The notes under the pieces: model-generated
What the model saw: only the letters and a program-made list of their open reading frames with translations
Told to the model about the DNA's origin: nothing
The model's database searches: none
In this document: positions 39,246 to 48,246 of the stretch, one piece after another
Numbering within the stretch: position 1 is the stretch's first letter
Layout of the letters: each line of letters begins with the position of its first letter
Position numbers and translations under genes: made by a program
Assembly: GCA_017991415.1 (NCBI GenBank)
Contig: JAGOQR010000002.1
Coordinates: forward strand, 97,109 to 161,108
Direction: 5' to 3'
Length of the DNA stretch: 64,000 bases
From: Candidatus Magasanikiibacteriota bacterium
Lineage (GTDB): Bacteria; Patescibacteriota; Patescibacteriia; Magasanikbacterales; GWA2-37-8

Positions 39246-40520
39246 TCAAGAGTTTTTTGCAGAGGCTATTCCGAGCAGTACCCACCAAAATACAATACCC
39301 GTAAAAAGGCTGGCAAGCCAATGATCAAACAGTCCTGCCATACAAAGAACTACCAAAACTGGCAGGTACAGAAGGTTATTTTTTACAGCTATTTTCAGTA
39401 TAGTAAAAACAAATAGTAATATACATAAAAACCCGAGCAATCCCATTTCTACAATTGCAAGTAAATAAATATTATGAATTGGTTGATATTGCCAAGAAGC
39501 TCTATGAGGGAATTTTTCATGCAAGGCAACTGTGTACGCACCTGGACCAACTCCTATAATTGGATTTGCTTTAATAAAAGATATTGATCCCTCATATTGG
39601 TCTTTTCTTTCGGCGACCGATGTTGATTCCAAACGATTATGCACATTAAACCGAGCGCTAAAAACTGGATAAAAAATTAGTACCCAAAAAATAATCACAG
39701 CCAAAGAAAATGCTAATTGTTTTACAATGTCGCGCAAAGAATCTCTGTGTTTAAAAAATAAAATAACCACCAAAGAAAAAATTCCTGCCAGAGCAGCCAA
39801 CCAGGCGCTGCGAGAAAAAGAAAGGAGCAATCCAGACAGCACTACAACCTGACCGACACTTATTAAAATCTTACCTTGAGCAGATTGCGCGTATAGATAT
39901 AAGATTATTCCTAATACAAATAAAACTGCCATATAAATACCAAGAGAATTTGGAGATCCAAAACTACCATAGGCCCGAAGCCATCGCTCATCACCAAACT
40001 CAATAACACTCGGACCCAAATTATATGACTCCTGCGCAGCCATACCAAGCCATTTATTCGCAGGTACGTGTTGGGTTAAAAACTGAGATACAGCCAGCAC
40101 ACCCTGCACCACTGCGCCCAACCAAAGAGCAAAAGTACACATACGATTATCCCCTTCTTTTATAAGCACAACTGAAAGAACAATCGCTTCGAGGATATGA
40201 AAAATATAATAATAAGAAAGATTAAAATTAATACTTAAACTAGTTGCAATAATAAGTCCAGCTACAAATAATAAAAAACTCAAAGAAAATGAGTTTCTTT
40301 TTTTTAAAACAGCAGACCACACTTCTTTTTTTAAAAAATTACATACAAAAAATATTAGTACGATAATCCACAATAAAATCTCTGTCCCATATATACTATA
40401 GGTACCATACTCCCAATATCCCTGATTTAATTCGCCATAGTGCCAAATATACCTCGTTTGCCAAGGCAGCACAAACAAAAAAATCATTAACAGATAATCT
40501 TGAATTTTTTTTAAGGTCAT
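39246..40520 (-). CDS. O-antigen ligase/polymerase-like (Wzy_C-type) polytopic membrane protein
   Basis: About 10-12 TM helices with a central periplasmic loop. Overall architecture of O-antigen ligase family. No precise motif. Confidence 0.45.
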   Translation of the reverse strand: MTLKKIQDYLLMIFLFVLPWQTRYIWHYGELNQGYWEYGTYSIYGTEILLWIIVLIFFVCNFLKKEVWSAVLKKRNSFSLSFLLFVAGLIIATSLSINFNLSYYYIFHILEAIVLSVVLIKEGDNRMCTFALWLGAVVQGVLAVSQFLTQHVPANKWLGMAAQESYNLGPSVIEFGDERWLRAYGSFGSPNSLGIYMAVLFVLGIILYLYAQSAQGKILISVGQVVVLSGLLLSFSRSAWLAALAGIFSLVVILFFKHRDSLRDIVKQLAFSLAVIIFWVLIFYPVFSARFNVHNRLESTSVAERKDQYEGSISFIKANPIIGVGPGAYTVALHEKFPHRASWQYQPIHNIYLLAIVEMGLLGFLCILLFVFTILKIAVKNNLLYLPVLVVLCMAGLFDHWLASLFTGIVFWWVLLGIASAKNS

Positions 40521-40526
40521 ATGCTC

Positions 40527-41465
40527 TTAGTTAATTTTACGCTGCCACAAAGCTCTATACTCAAGCCGAGTATCCTTCTCATGAAATTTCAATACTGAAT
40601 CTGAAATAACAACATTTGTGCCCCCTTTTCTGTCTATAGAGTTCCCTGAAAACTTCATTTTTGATAGCTGTATTTTTTTTGCTTCGGTATTAACGAGCGT
40701 GCCGTAGTTACCTTGCCACATCTTTTCCCACATAGTTTTCCAAGCTGCTCCCCACACAGTCTCTGCTACATGGAAAATATAAGACGACGTGTTGAAAAAA
40801 TTAATATGGGGTATATATTTTTCCACCCAACTATTGGCTTGCAAAAATCTGGCATGATACTGTTGTGGATCAAAAATTGGCACCATTTGGTTGAGCCAAA
40901 AAATAAAATGAATATCATCGTCCACTGCTCGCAAACCAGATAGATCTAAATTGTCTTCTGTTATATAAAAACTCAAACAAATTTTATCTTTAATACTTGT
41001 TTTTGTTCTCCGAAGTCCAAAAATTTGCAAAATAAAAGTAATAAGTAACCGAGTAATCCAAATTCTATTTGAAGCAGCAATAATAAAAAAATCTATATCA
41101 CTATCCTTTTCTGCCTGCTCCGACGCAACGGTATTACATACAAAAACTGCTTTCAGAAAAGGCACAGATCGAATGAGTCTTGCTGCCCGACAAGCAATCT
41201 TTAATTTTTTCTCAGATATAACCAAGCTACGCTGTCTTTTTTCTATAATCTCTTTTCTACCAGATAAGAAAAAATAGCCACCAGCACTTTCAAAGCCAGA
41301 AGTGGTAGAACTAGATTTTTGCAAATAGACAAGGAACGCTTCATAGCTTATAGAGGGCGGCTGCCACAAAAAAACAAAAAGTTCCTCTTTGGTAAGAGGA
41401 AAATTTGCTAAATCAAAATACGTAAGTGTTTGCAGTATAGAGCGACGTAAGAGTTCTTCATTCAT
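40527..41465 (-). CDS. Nucleotidyltransferase-domain protein (Pol-beta superfamily)
   Basis: Motif SEQAEKDSDIDFFIIA is a GS...D-x-D nucleotidyltransferase signature. Start placed at internal Met (VMNEELL) to avoid a 58-nt overlap with the upstream gene. The ORF could extend to 41528. Confidence 0.5.
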   Translation of the reverse strand: MNEELLRRSILQTLTYFDLANFPLTKEELFVFLWQPPSISYEAFLVYLQKSSSTTSGFESAGGYFFLSGRKEIIEKRQRSLVISEKKLKIACRAARLIRSVPFLKAVFVCNTVASEQAEKDSDIDFFIIAASNRIWITRLLITFILQIFGLRRTKTSIKDKICLSFYITEDNLDLSGLRAVDDDIHFIFWLNQMVPIFDPQQYHARFLQANSWVEKYIPHINFFNTSSYIFHVAETVWGAAWKTMWEKMWQGNYGTLVNTEAKKIQLSKMKFSGNSIDRKGGTNVVISDSVLKFHEKDTRLEYRALWQRKIN

Positions 41466-41469
41466 AACA

Positions 41470-41730
41470 CTACTCTTCAGAAACAATGGTAGGGGCAGTT
41501 TTTTTTGCTTTAACCACTGCATCATCAACTATCATTCTGTCATTTGTTATTTTTTGAACTTGTGCCGATTGAATCAAAAAATTTTGCAGGCTTATAAAGT
41601 TTGGTCTGACCAGATATCGCAATACAAAATGATTTTCTATGTCTAATTCAAAATCAAAAATCTTTCCCAGTTTTGCGCCTGATTCAGTATATACTGGCAA
41701 ATCTAATAATTTGCGGAGATTAATAATCAT
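41470..41730 (-). CDS. PRC-barrel-like small protein (YlmC/YmxH-like)
   Basis: 86 aa. LPVYTESGAKLGKIFDFELDIENHFVLRYLV resembles PRC-barrel proteins. Confidence 0.4.
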   Translation of the reverse strand: MIINLRKLLDLPVYTESGAKLGKIFDFELDIENHFVLRYLVRPNFISLQNFLIQSAQVQKITNDRMIVDDAVVKAKKTAPTIVSEE

Positions 41731-41784
41731 AGTACCGTTAGATATAATCTACAAATTACACCTTGAAGAGAGCAGGCCTAAATA

Positions 41785-42540
41785 CTATTTAACTATTTGA
41801 CCTTCTATAACACCACCTTTTTGAGCGTCATGATTTTTGAAAAGCCAAATTTGCTGTAAGGCCATCAGCAATGTACCGAAGAACCAGTACAAAGTAAGAC
41901 CAGCAGGTAAATTCAAACCGATAAGCACAGTCATAACAGGCATAAAATAAAGCATCTGCTTGTTCATCATCGACATCATAGCTTCATCTTTTGAGCCTTC
42001 ACCAGCCTGAAGCGGAGGATTTTTTCTACTTAATGTTTTTGCTTGGAAATATTGAGCCAACCCTGCCAACACAGCTAATACATAATTTGGTTTGGCCATG
42101 TTAAAGAAGTGCAACGAAATTTGATTAATGCTACCTGGATTAGCCACAAATGAGTAGAGTGAATCTGCTAAATTTTTGGAATGGAGACCGTCTTGCAAAA
42201 CTTTATACAAAGCAATTAAAATTGGCAATTGGATAAGTACTGGCAAACAAGAAGCGAGCGGATTAACTTTGTTGTTTTTATACATTTCCATTATAGCCTG
42301 AGTTTGTTTTTGTTTGTCATCAGGATACTGCAATTTTATAGCTGCCATTTTTGGCTGCAAATCTTGCAATGAACGCTGTGATTTTATGGACGCGCTCGTA
42401 AGTGGATACAATACAAGCCGCACCAAAATAGTTATGGCCAAAATTACCAAACCAACATCATGGCCAGGGAGGACATTATATAAGAATACAAAGACATTAA
42501 ATATTGGTTGATAGAGAACGACATGAAAAAGAGAAAGCAT
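41785..42540 (-). CDS. yidC: Membrane protein insertase YidC (short Gram-positive type)
   Basis: QPIFNVFVFLY...GLVILAITILVRLVLYPLT...NPLASCLPVLIQLPILIALYKVL are conserved YidC/Oxa1 core helices. 251 aa. Confidence 0.85.
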   Translation of the reverse strand: MLSLFHVVLYQPIFNVFVFLYNVLPGHDVGLVILAITILVRLVLYPLTSASIKSQRSLQDLQPKMAAIKLQYPDDKQKQTQAIMEMYKNNKVNPLASCLPVLIQLPILIALYKVLQDGLHSKNLADSLYSFVANPGSINQISLHFFNMAKPNYVLAVLAGLAQYFQAKTLSRKNPPLQAGEGSKDEAMMSMMNKQMLYFMPVMTVLIGLNLPAGLTLYWFFGTLLMALQQIWLFKNHDAQKGGVIEGQIVK

Positions 42541-42589
42541 AAATTATGTTTAACTCTACCCAACTAATGAATAGAGATTGAGAAATAAA

Positions 42590-43810
42590 TTAAGATGCCG
42601 CTTCTTCGGTTTTTTCTTCTTCAGCAACTTCAGCCGGTTCTGCCTTTACCTCTTCACTGGAAACTTCTTGTTTTCCGCCTTCTTCAACTACATCAATTCT
42701 CCAGCCACTCAAATCGGCAGCCAAACGAACATTTTGTCCGTTGCGACCAATGGCCAAAGAAAATTGATCTGGAGCCACGCTTACTTCAGCGATTTTTTCG
42801 CTTTCACTTAATTTTACATTTAAAATTTTAGCAGGAGCAAGAGCGTGGGCAATATATTCTTTAGCATCTTCACTGTACTGAATAACATCTATCTTTTCTC
42901 CACCAAGCTCTTCGATGATAGTATTGATACGACTACCTCTTTGACCAATACAAGACCCAATTGGATCTATAGATTTATCCGAGGTAAATACTGATACTTT
43001 GGAACGGAAACCAGCTTCTCGCGCGATACCTTTAATTTCAATGAGGCCATCGTTAATTTCTGGAATTTCTTGTTTAAAAATTTCTCGAACCATAGCAACG
43101 TCACTGCGAGATAACAGCACTTCCAAACCACGAGCACTCATTTGCACTGATAACAGTAAAAATTTCATACGAGCTCCTGGACGATAATGATCTCGAGGAT
43201 TTTGCTGTTCAGAAAGCAATACACCAGTAACTTTGCCAAAATCTACCAATACTTTGCGAGCCTCCGCGCGCTGGATAGTCCCCATAATTAATTGGCCTTC
43301 CTGGCCTTTGAAATCAGTAAACATAATACCTCGTTCTGCTTCACGGATTTTTTGGATAATAACCTGTTTAGCAGTTTGCGCAGCCATACGACCAAAATCA
43401 TGGCCAATTTCCAAAGGAATTTCCATAACTTCTCCTAATTTTACTTTTTTATCTATTTCTTTTGCCGCACTAATCATGAGCTCTGTTTTTGGATTAAAAC
43501 GAGGCAGATCAGCAGTTTCTTCTTCGGTTAGCTCTCTTTTTTCTTCCTTTGCTGTTTCTCGTCTTTTAGTAAGCTCTTCTTGAGCAGCCAAAAGAACATC
43601 TTCGGCAATATCTTCTACTACTGTTTTTACATCCCACGCTTTCATATCACCAGTCTCGGGATTAAACTTTACTTTAATATTTTGTTGTTTATTACCAAAA
43701 TCTTTACGATACGCAGCAGCGAGGGCAAATTCAATTGCTTCCATTACAGATTCGTAAGAAAGATTTTTTTCATCGCACAACACCTGGATAGCTTTTGTAA
43801 TGTCTGACAT
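42590..43810 (-). CDS. nusA: Transcription termination/antitermination factor NusA
   Basis: N-terminal NusA domain (MSDITKAIQVLCDEKNLSYESVMEAIEFALAAAYRKDFG). S1 and two KH regions. Acidic tail. ATG at 43810 chosen over the upstream TTG at 43867. Confidence 0.85.
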   Translation of the reverse strand: MSDITKAIQVLCDEKNLSYESVMEAIEFALAAAYRKDFGNKQQNIKVKFNPETGDMKAWDVKTVVEDIAEDVLLAAQEELTKRRETAKEEKRELTEEETADLPRFNPKTELMISAAKEIDKKVKLGEVMEIPLEIGHDFGRMAAQTAKQVIIQKIREAERGIMFTDFKGQEGQLIMGTIQRAEARKVLVDFGKVTGVLLSEQQNPRDHYRPGARMKFLLLSVQMSARGLEVLLSRSDVAMVREIFKQEIPEINDGLIEIKGIAREAGFRSKVSVFTSDKSIDPIGSCIGQRGSRINTIIEELGGEKIDVIQYSEDAKEYIAHALAPAKILNVKLSESEKIAEVSVAPDQFSLAIGRNGQNVRLAADLSGWRIDVVEEGGKQEVSSEEVKAEPAEVAEEEKTEEAAS

Positions 43811-43934
43811 ACTCAAATATTTAGTTAAAATATAGTTAATTAATGATAGCACAAAAATTGCTAACAAAAAAGAGCATTTCTTTATGAAATACTCTTCTTT
43901 AATGCATCTATACTACCATTTCTACCTTCACATG

Positions 43935-44810
43935 TCAATACCGAATGATATCTCCTAACATATCGGTTCGTAATATTTCCATCTGGGCCCTCTCGAGCTT
44001 GCGCATAACCCGTAAAGAAGGGTGTCCATATGTATTTTTACCTACAGAAATAATAGCCTCTTTAGACTGTACTGCTTTCAAAAAATCATCGCCCGAAGAA
44101 GTATCGCTGCCATGATGGCCTACTTTTAACGTATGAGCCTCGAGCGCTGGACAAGAAAAAGTGGAGGTACTGAGACAATACTTATTAAGCAAGGCAGCTT
44201 CAAGCGGCATTTCCATATCAGCGGTAAATAGAAAACTACTATCTCCATTTTTTAACCTAAAAACTATTGAGCGATTATTACTATCATCGGCAGGAACCTT
44301 GAGATCTAATGATGGATCGGGAGATAAAAACTCTAGGGTAGAACTAGCAACTACCCAAACTTCTGGCCTGTCTATTATTTTTATAACAGCCCCCTCATTT
44401 TTCATAGCCCGATCCCATTCTTGCCAATAGGGGTCATACTCTTTTGCATTCCCATTGGTAATAATTTCTTTTACCGTATAATTTTTTAAGACATCTACAC
44501 AACCACCGTAATGATCTAGATCTGGGTGAGTAGCTAACACATAATCTATTGTACGATCATAAAAAGGAAGAACCGTTCCCAACCTCGCTAAAATTTTTCT
44601 ATCTTTTCCACAATCTACCAACATTTTTTTACCATTACCAAACTCAATAAGGGTAGCGTCCCCTTGCCCAATATCCAAAAAAGTTACCCTAAATTGACGT
44701 GTCTGGCTTTTTGTAATTACAAAATATAAAAGCAAGCCAAGTGATGCCACGAGCGCAATTCCTGCTACTAAAAGAATCTTTCTATGTTTAGGCATTGGCT
44801 CGAAAATCAA
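43935..44810 (-). CDS. Membrane-anchored MBL-fold metallo-hydrolase (ComEC C-terminal nuclease-domain-like)
   Basis: N-terminal TM helix. HPDLDHYGG (HxHxDH-type) MBL motif. Resembles the beta-lactamase-like domain normally fused to ComEC. Confidence 0.6.
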   Translation of the reverse strand: MIFEPMPKHRKILLVAGIALVASLGLLLYFVITKSQTRQFRVTFLDIGQGDATLIEFGNGKKMLVDCGKDRKILARLGTVLPFYDRTIDYVLATHPDLDHYGGCVDVLKNYTVKEIITNGNAKEYDPYWQEWDRAMKNEGAVIKIIDRPEVWVVASSTLEFLSPDPSLDLKVPADDSNNRSIVFRLKNGDSSFLFTADMEMPLEAALLNKYCLSTSTFSCPALEAHTLKVGHHGSDTSSGDDFLKAVQSKEAIISVGKNTYGHPSLRVMRKLERAQMEILRTDMLGDIIRY

Positions 44811-44841
44811 AATTATATTTTATATATGGCAAGAAAGCGTA

Positions 44842-45426
44842 CTAACCAAAGATGGTACGCGTAATAAATCCTGCAAAATCCTTGCCGAGGAATATAAAAA
44901 GTGCACAAAAAATCCCTTCACCCAGCACCACACCAATCAGAAATTTTTTATAATTAATACGAAGTGTTCCGCAGACATAACACATGGCATCTGTGGCCAA
45001 AAATGGTACAAAACTCCAAATAGTAATAATTGGCAATTCGTATTTTTTAAGAATATTTGTTAATTGCTCAATAGCTTTGGGATAGGTATGTTTAAAATAA
45101 TTTCCTAGACTCAAGTATTCAGAAAAAAAGTAAATACAAGTGGCCGAAACTCCAACACCAACAATAGTCAGCGCATATACCAGTGGGGTTGGCAAAAACA
45201 ACAAACCAAGAATCATGGTATAAGTAACTGGAATAAAGGTGAAACCTCGCAAACAATTAATAACCAAATAGCCGGCGCAAAGCCAAAACAAAGGTAGGTG
45301 GCGAATCTTAATAATCTGCGCCATCATGAGATCGCTCTGGAAAAAATATAAATACAAGACACTGGCTATAAATAATAGCCAGATCAGAATAACCTTATTT
45401 TTTGTACTATGTTTTAATAATTTCAT
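44842..45426 (-). CDS. DedA/TVP38/TMEM64-family membrane protein
   Basis: 194 aa with 4-5 TM helices. Pattern TFIPVTYTMILGLLF...FVPFLATDAMCYVCG resembles the VTT/SNARE-associated domain. Confidence 0.45.
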   Translation of the reverse strand: MKLLKHSTKNKVILIWLLFIASVLYLYFFQSDLMMAQIIKIRHLPLFWLCAGYLVINCLRGFTFIPVTYTMILGLLFLPTPLVYALTIVGVGVSATCIYFFSEYLSLGNYFKHTYPKAIEQLTNILKKYELPIITIWSFVPFLATDAMCYVCGTLRINYKKFLIGVVLGEGIFCALFIFLGKDFAGFITRTIFG

Positions 45427-45430
45427 GTAG

Positions 45431-46039
45431 TTATTTTTTTACAACGAGTATCTGATTAACCCATACACTGTTTTCTTTTACAAAAATTTCTTCTTCAATG
45501 TGAAACGCAAGTGATTCTAAGATTTCTCTTATTTTTTCTGGCCGATGATAGAATGATTCGATAATAATTGGGTCTGCTTTGGTTTTTACCAGTGGCGGAT
45601 CTTTTTGATTAATGTTAGTAACAACAAACATACCGCCATCTTTTAAGACTCTGTAGACCTCATCAAAAAACCTCGTCGGGTCCTTAAGGTGCACAATTAA
45701 AAAAGCTGCCGCTATAATATCAAAAGTATCCTGATCAAAAGATAAACGCTCGGCATCCCCCACTACAGTTTGAATCTTACTATTTTTCTTTTGTACCAAT
45801 TCTAGCATCTTGGGCGATATATCAAGCGCCGTTACCTGAGCGCCCTTATTTGCCAAAAACAAAGACAACCGCCCTGTACCAGCTCCAATATCTAATACTT
45901 TTTTACCAGTCAATTCACCCAACAAAGGAATAACCTTTCCTTGCTCAAAACTATTCAGATATTTTTCTTTCTCATCATAAAACTGAGCCGCTTGATTGTA
46001 GCCTTCTTCAGAAGAGAGTACTTTTATCTTTTTAGACAT
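45431..46039 (-). CDS. Class I SAM-dependent methyltransferase
   Basis: VLDIGAGTGRLSLFLA (motif I) and a downstream acidic residue (ALDIS). Confidence 0.7.
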   Translation of the reverse strand: MSKKIKVLSSEEGYNQAAQFYDEKEKYLNSFEQGKVIPLLGELTGKKVLDIGAGTGRLSLFLANKGAQVTALDISPKMLELVQKKNSKIQTVVGDAERLSFDQDTFDIIAAAFLIVHLKDPTRFFDEVYRVLKDGGMFVVTNINQKDPPLVKTKADPIIIESFYHRPEKIREILESLAFHIEEEIFVKENSVWVNQILVVKK

Positions 46040-47606
46040 ATATATTAGTTTTTTTACTATTTCTTACTACGACCAGCACCATGAGCAGATAGAGCACTGC
46101 CATAACCCACCCCGAAATACGCATATCAAATGCAGACCAGCTCTGACGACCAAACCAATTCACTACCATTATAACATACCGAGTACCAACCCAAGCGAAC
46201 CATGCAACTATTTGACCTATAGGAAAAAATAGAGCGCTTAAGATAAGAGCTATAAAACCAAATAGCATTAAAAATGGCATGATCCACAAGATAAGGATAT
46301 TTACGAACGGTGCCGAAACTGAAAATCGCCCAAATTGGTATAAGATAAGTGGTAGCGTAGCAACAATAGCTGACATGGTGGTAAGAAACACTTCAACTAT
46401 ACCTACCATAAATGAATTATTAATTTTAATTTTCTTATCAAATAATTTTTGCAACATGGGTGAAATATACACTAATCCAATAGTGGCTAAAAAAGATAAC
46501 TGAAATCCTGCATCCCAAATTAATAAATATGGATTAAATAAAAGCATAACTACCGCTGCATATATAAGCACTCGGTCTATAGCCGACAGCCTGCCAATAT
46601 GTTGGGAGACAAGTACAAGCAGAGCCATTACACCAGCCCGCAACACCGAAGCGCTAGCACCAGTAAAAAGGACAAAAACAATAATAAGAAATACTAGCAA
46701 CCAAAATGATTGACGCCGAAAAAATCCTAAGTAAATCAAAATTGAATGTAAGGCAACAATAATGATAGTTACGTTATATCCCGAAACTGCCACAATATGG
46801 CTCACACCTGTGCGACTAAAATTATCTGCCAAATCATCGGGTAAGCCACTACGACTGCCGTATAAAATACCTGCCAACAAACTATTATCTGGCTCGGGCC
46901 ACAGTCGCGACATCTGAGACTGAATTTTATTTTTAAATTGTAGTATTATACTCATCAAAAAATTTCCTTTATTTTCTCCTAAGGATTTTATTTTTGGATT
47001 GCCACAAATAGACCATACATCTTGCTTGGCTAAATATTTTACATAATTAAACCTACTGTCTTCAAAATTTTTTGGTGCTTGTAAAGAACAGTCGATTTGC
47101 AAAAACTCTCCATACGCATATTGCGGATAGAACCTTGTTTTCAACATAATATTTCCAGATACTGCCTGCCAATTATTATTAATTTTTAATTGATTGACTT
47201 GAACAATATACTGCACGTCCCCTATTCCCATATCAGGCTCTTTTGCAACAAAACCTTGCACTAACAACTTTTCTCCATTATAAAAATGGATTTGCTTTGG
47301 ACTAGTCTCTGGAATAGTTATTAAAAAACGACAACCACCTAAAACAAAAACTAATATACAGAGACTAAAAAATCTAATCCATTGTTTAGACCAACAGATA
47401 ATAATTAAAAAAAGTAAAAGAAAGGCAAAACCATAAAGATATAAAAGGGCTCTACTATTATTTAAAAAAGAGAAGCCGCTGGCACCCAGAATAAAACAAA
47501 AACAAAATGTGAGAAACATTTTGTTTTTTGATTTAATAAAATCATGTCGCGTAATTGTCCATTGAAGCACGGTGCTTTTAATCTTACCCATCCCCTCCTT
47601 TATCAT
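46032..47606 (-). CDS. comEC: ComEC/Rec2 competence membrane channel (DUF4131 plus Competence domain, no fused MBL domain)
   Basis: Polytopic. Conserved Competence-domain block SRTGVSHIVAVSGYNVTII. 524 aa ending before any MBL domain. Confidence 0.75.
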   Translation of the reverse strand: MIKEGMGKIKSTVLQWTITRHDFIKSKNKMFLTFCFCFILGASGFSFLNNSRALLYLYGFAFLLLFLIIICWSKQWIRFFSLCILVFVLGGCRFLITIPETSPKQIHFYNGEKLLVQGFVAKEPDMGIGDVQYIVQVNQLKINNNWQAVSGNIMLKTRFYPQYAYGEFLQIDCSLQAPKNFEDSRFNYVKYLAKQDVWSICGNPKIKSLGENKGNFLMSIILQFKNKIQSQMSRLWPEPDNSLLAGILYGSRSGLPDDLADNFSRTGVSHIVAVSGYNVTIIIVALHSILIYLGFFRRQSFWLLVFLIIVFVLFTGASASVLRAGVMALLVLVSQHIGRLSAIDRVLIYAAVVMLLFNPYLLIWDAGFQLSFLATIGLVYISPMLQKLFDKKIKINNSFMVGIVEVFLTTMSAIVATLPLILYQFGRFSVSAPFVNILILWIMPFLMLFGFIALILSALFFPIGQIVAWFAWVGTRYVIMVVNWFGRQSWSAFDMRISGWVMAVLYLLMVLVVVRNSKKTNIYV

Positions 47607-47609
47607 ACG

Positions 47610-48245
47610 CTATACTTCAATGCTTTTTCCATCTTCAATAACTTCCCAGTTAATACCTTCTTGAGACAAAAATGTTTCTGGCATTTTATGAAATCCTGTT
47701 GTTATTTTTAACATTCCATCATGAATCGGAAAAGCAATTTTTGGCTTTACCGCCTTAGCATAATCAATCACTTCACTAACCTTACTCCATGGCGCACATA
47801 CTGGTAACGCTAATATCTCTATAGGTTTTAATGGAACATATAATGAATCCCCTGGATGAAATAACTTACCGCCAATAAGAAAACCGGTATTATCTAGATG
47901 TTGCAAAACAGGATAAATAATAGCATGGTCTTTTCCAAAAGCCTCTACACTAACTCCACCCACAACAACAGTTTGCCCATTTTCTAATAGTCTGAATGGC
48001 AACTTTGCTTCTTCTAATTTCTTTCCCACTCCTTGATTGGTATAGATAACTACTTGAGAATTATATGATAAATTTTTTTGCAACCATTCAATATTTAAAT
48101 GATCTAGATGCTCATGCGTAATAAGAATGGCATCTAAAGTTTTTACATCGGACGGGATAGTTGACCATATCCCGGGATCAATAAGAATTCGAGCACTAGC
48201 TTCTTCTACCAACAAACAAGAGTGTCCGAACTTGGTAATACGCAT
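47610..48245 (-). CDS. MBL-fold metallo-hydrolase
   Basis: ILITHEHLDHLN (HxHxDH) motif. 211 aa. Adjacent to comEC. Confidence 0.65.
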   Translation of the reverse strand: MRITKFGHSCLLVEEASARILIDPGIWSTIPSDVKTLDAILITHEHLDHLNIEWLQKNLSYNSQVVIYTNQGVGKKLEEAKLPFRLLENGQTVVVGGVSVEAFGKDHAIIYPVLQHLDNTGFLIGGKLFHPGDSLYVPLKPIEILALPVCAPWSKVSEVIDYAKAVKPKIAFPIHDGMLKITTGFHKMPETFLSQEGINWEVIEDGKSIEV

Positions 48246-48246
48246 A

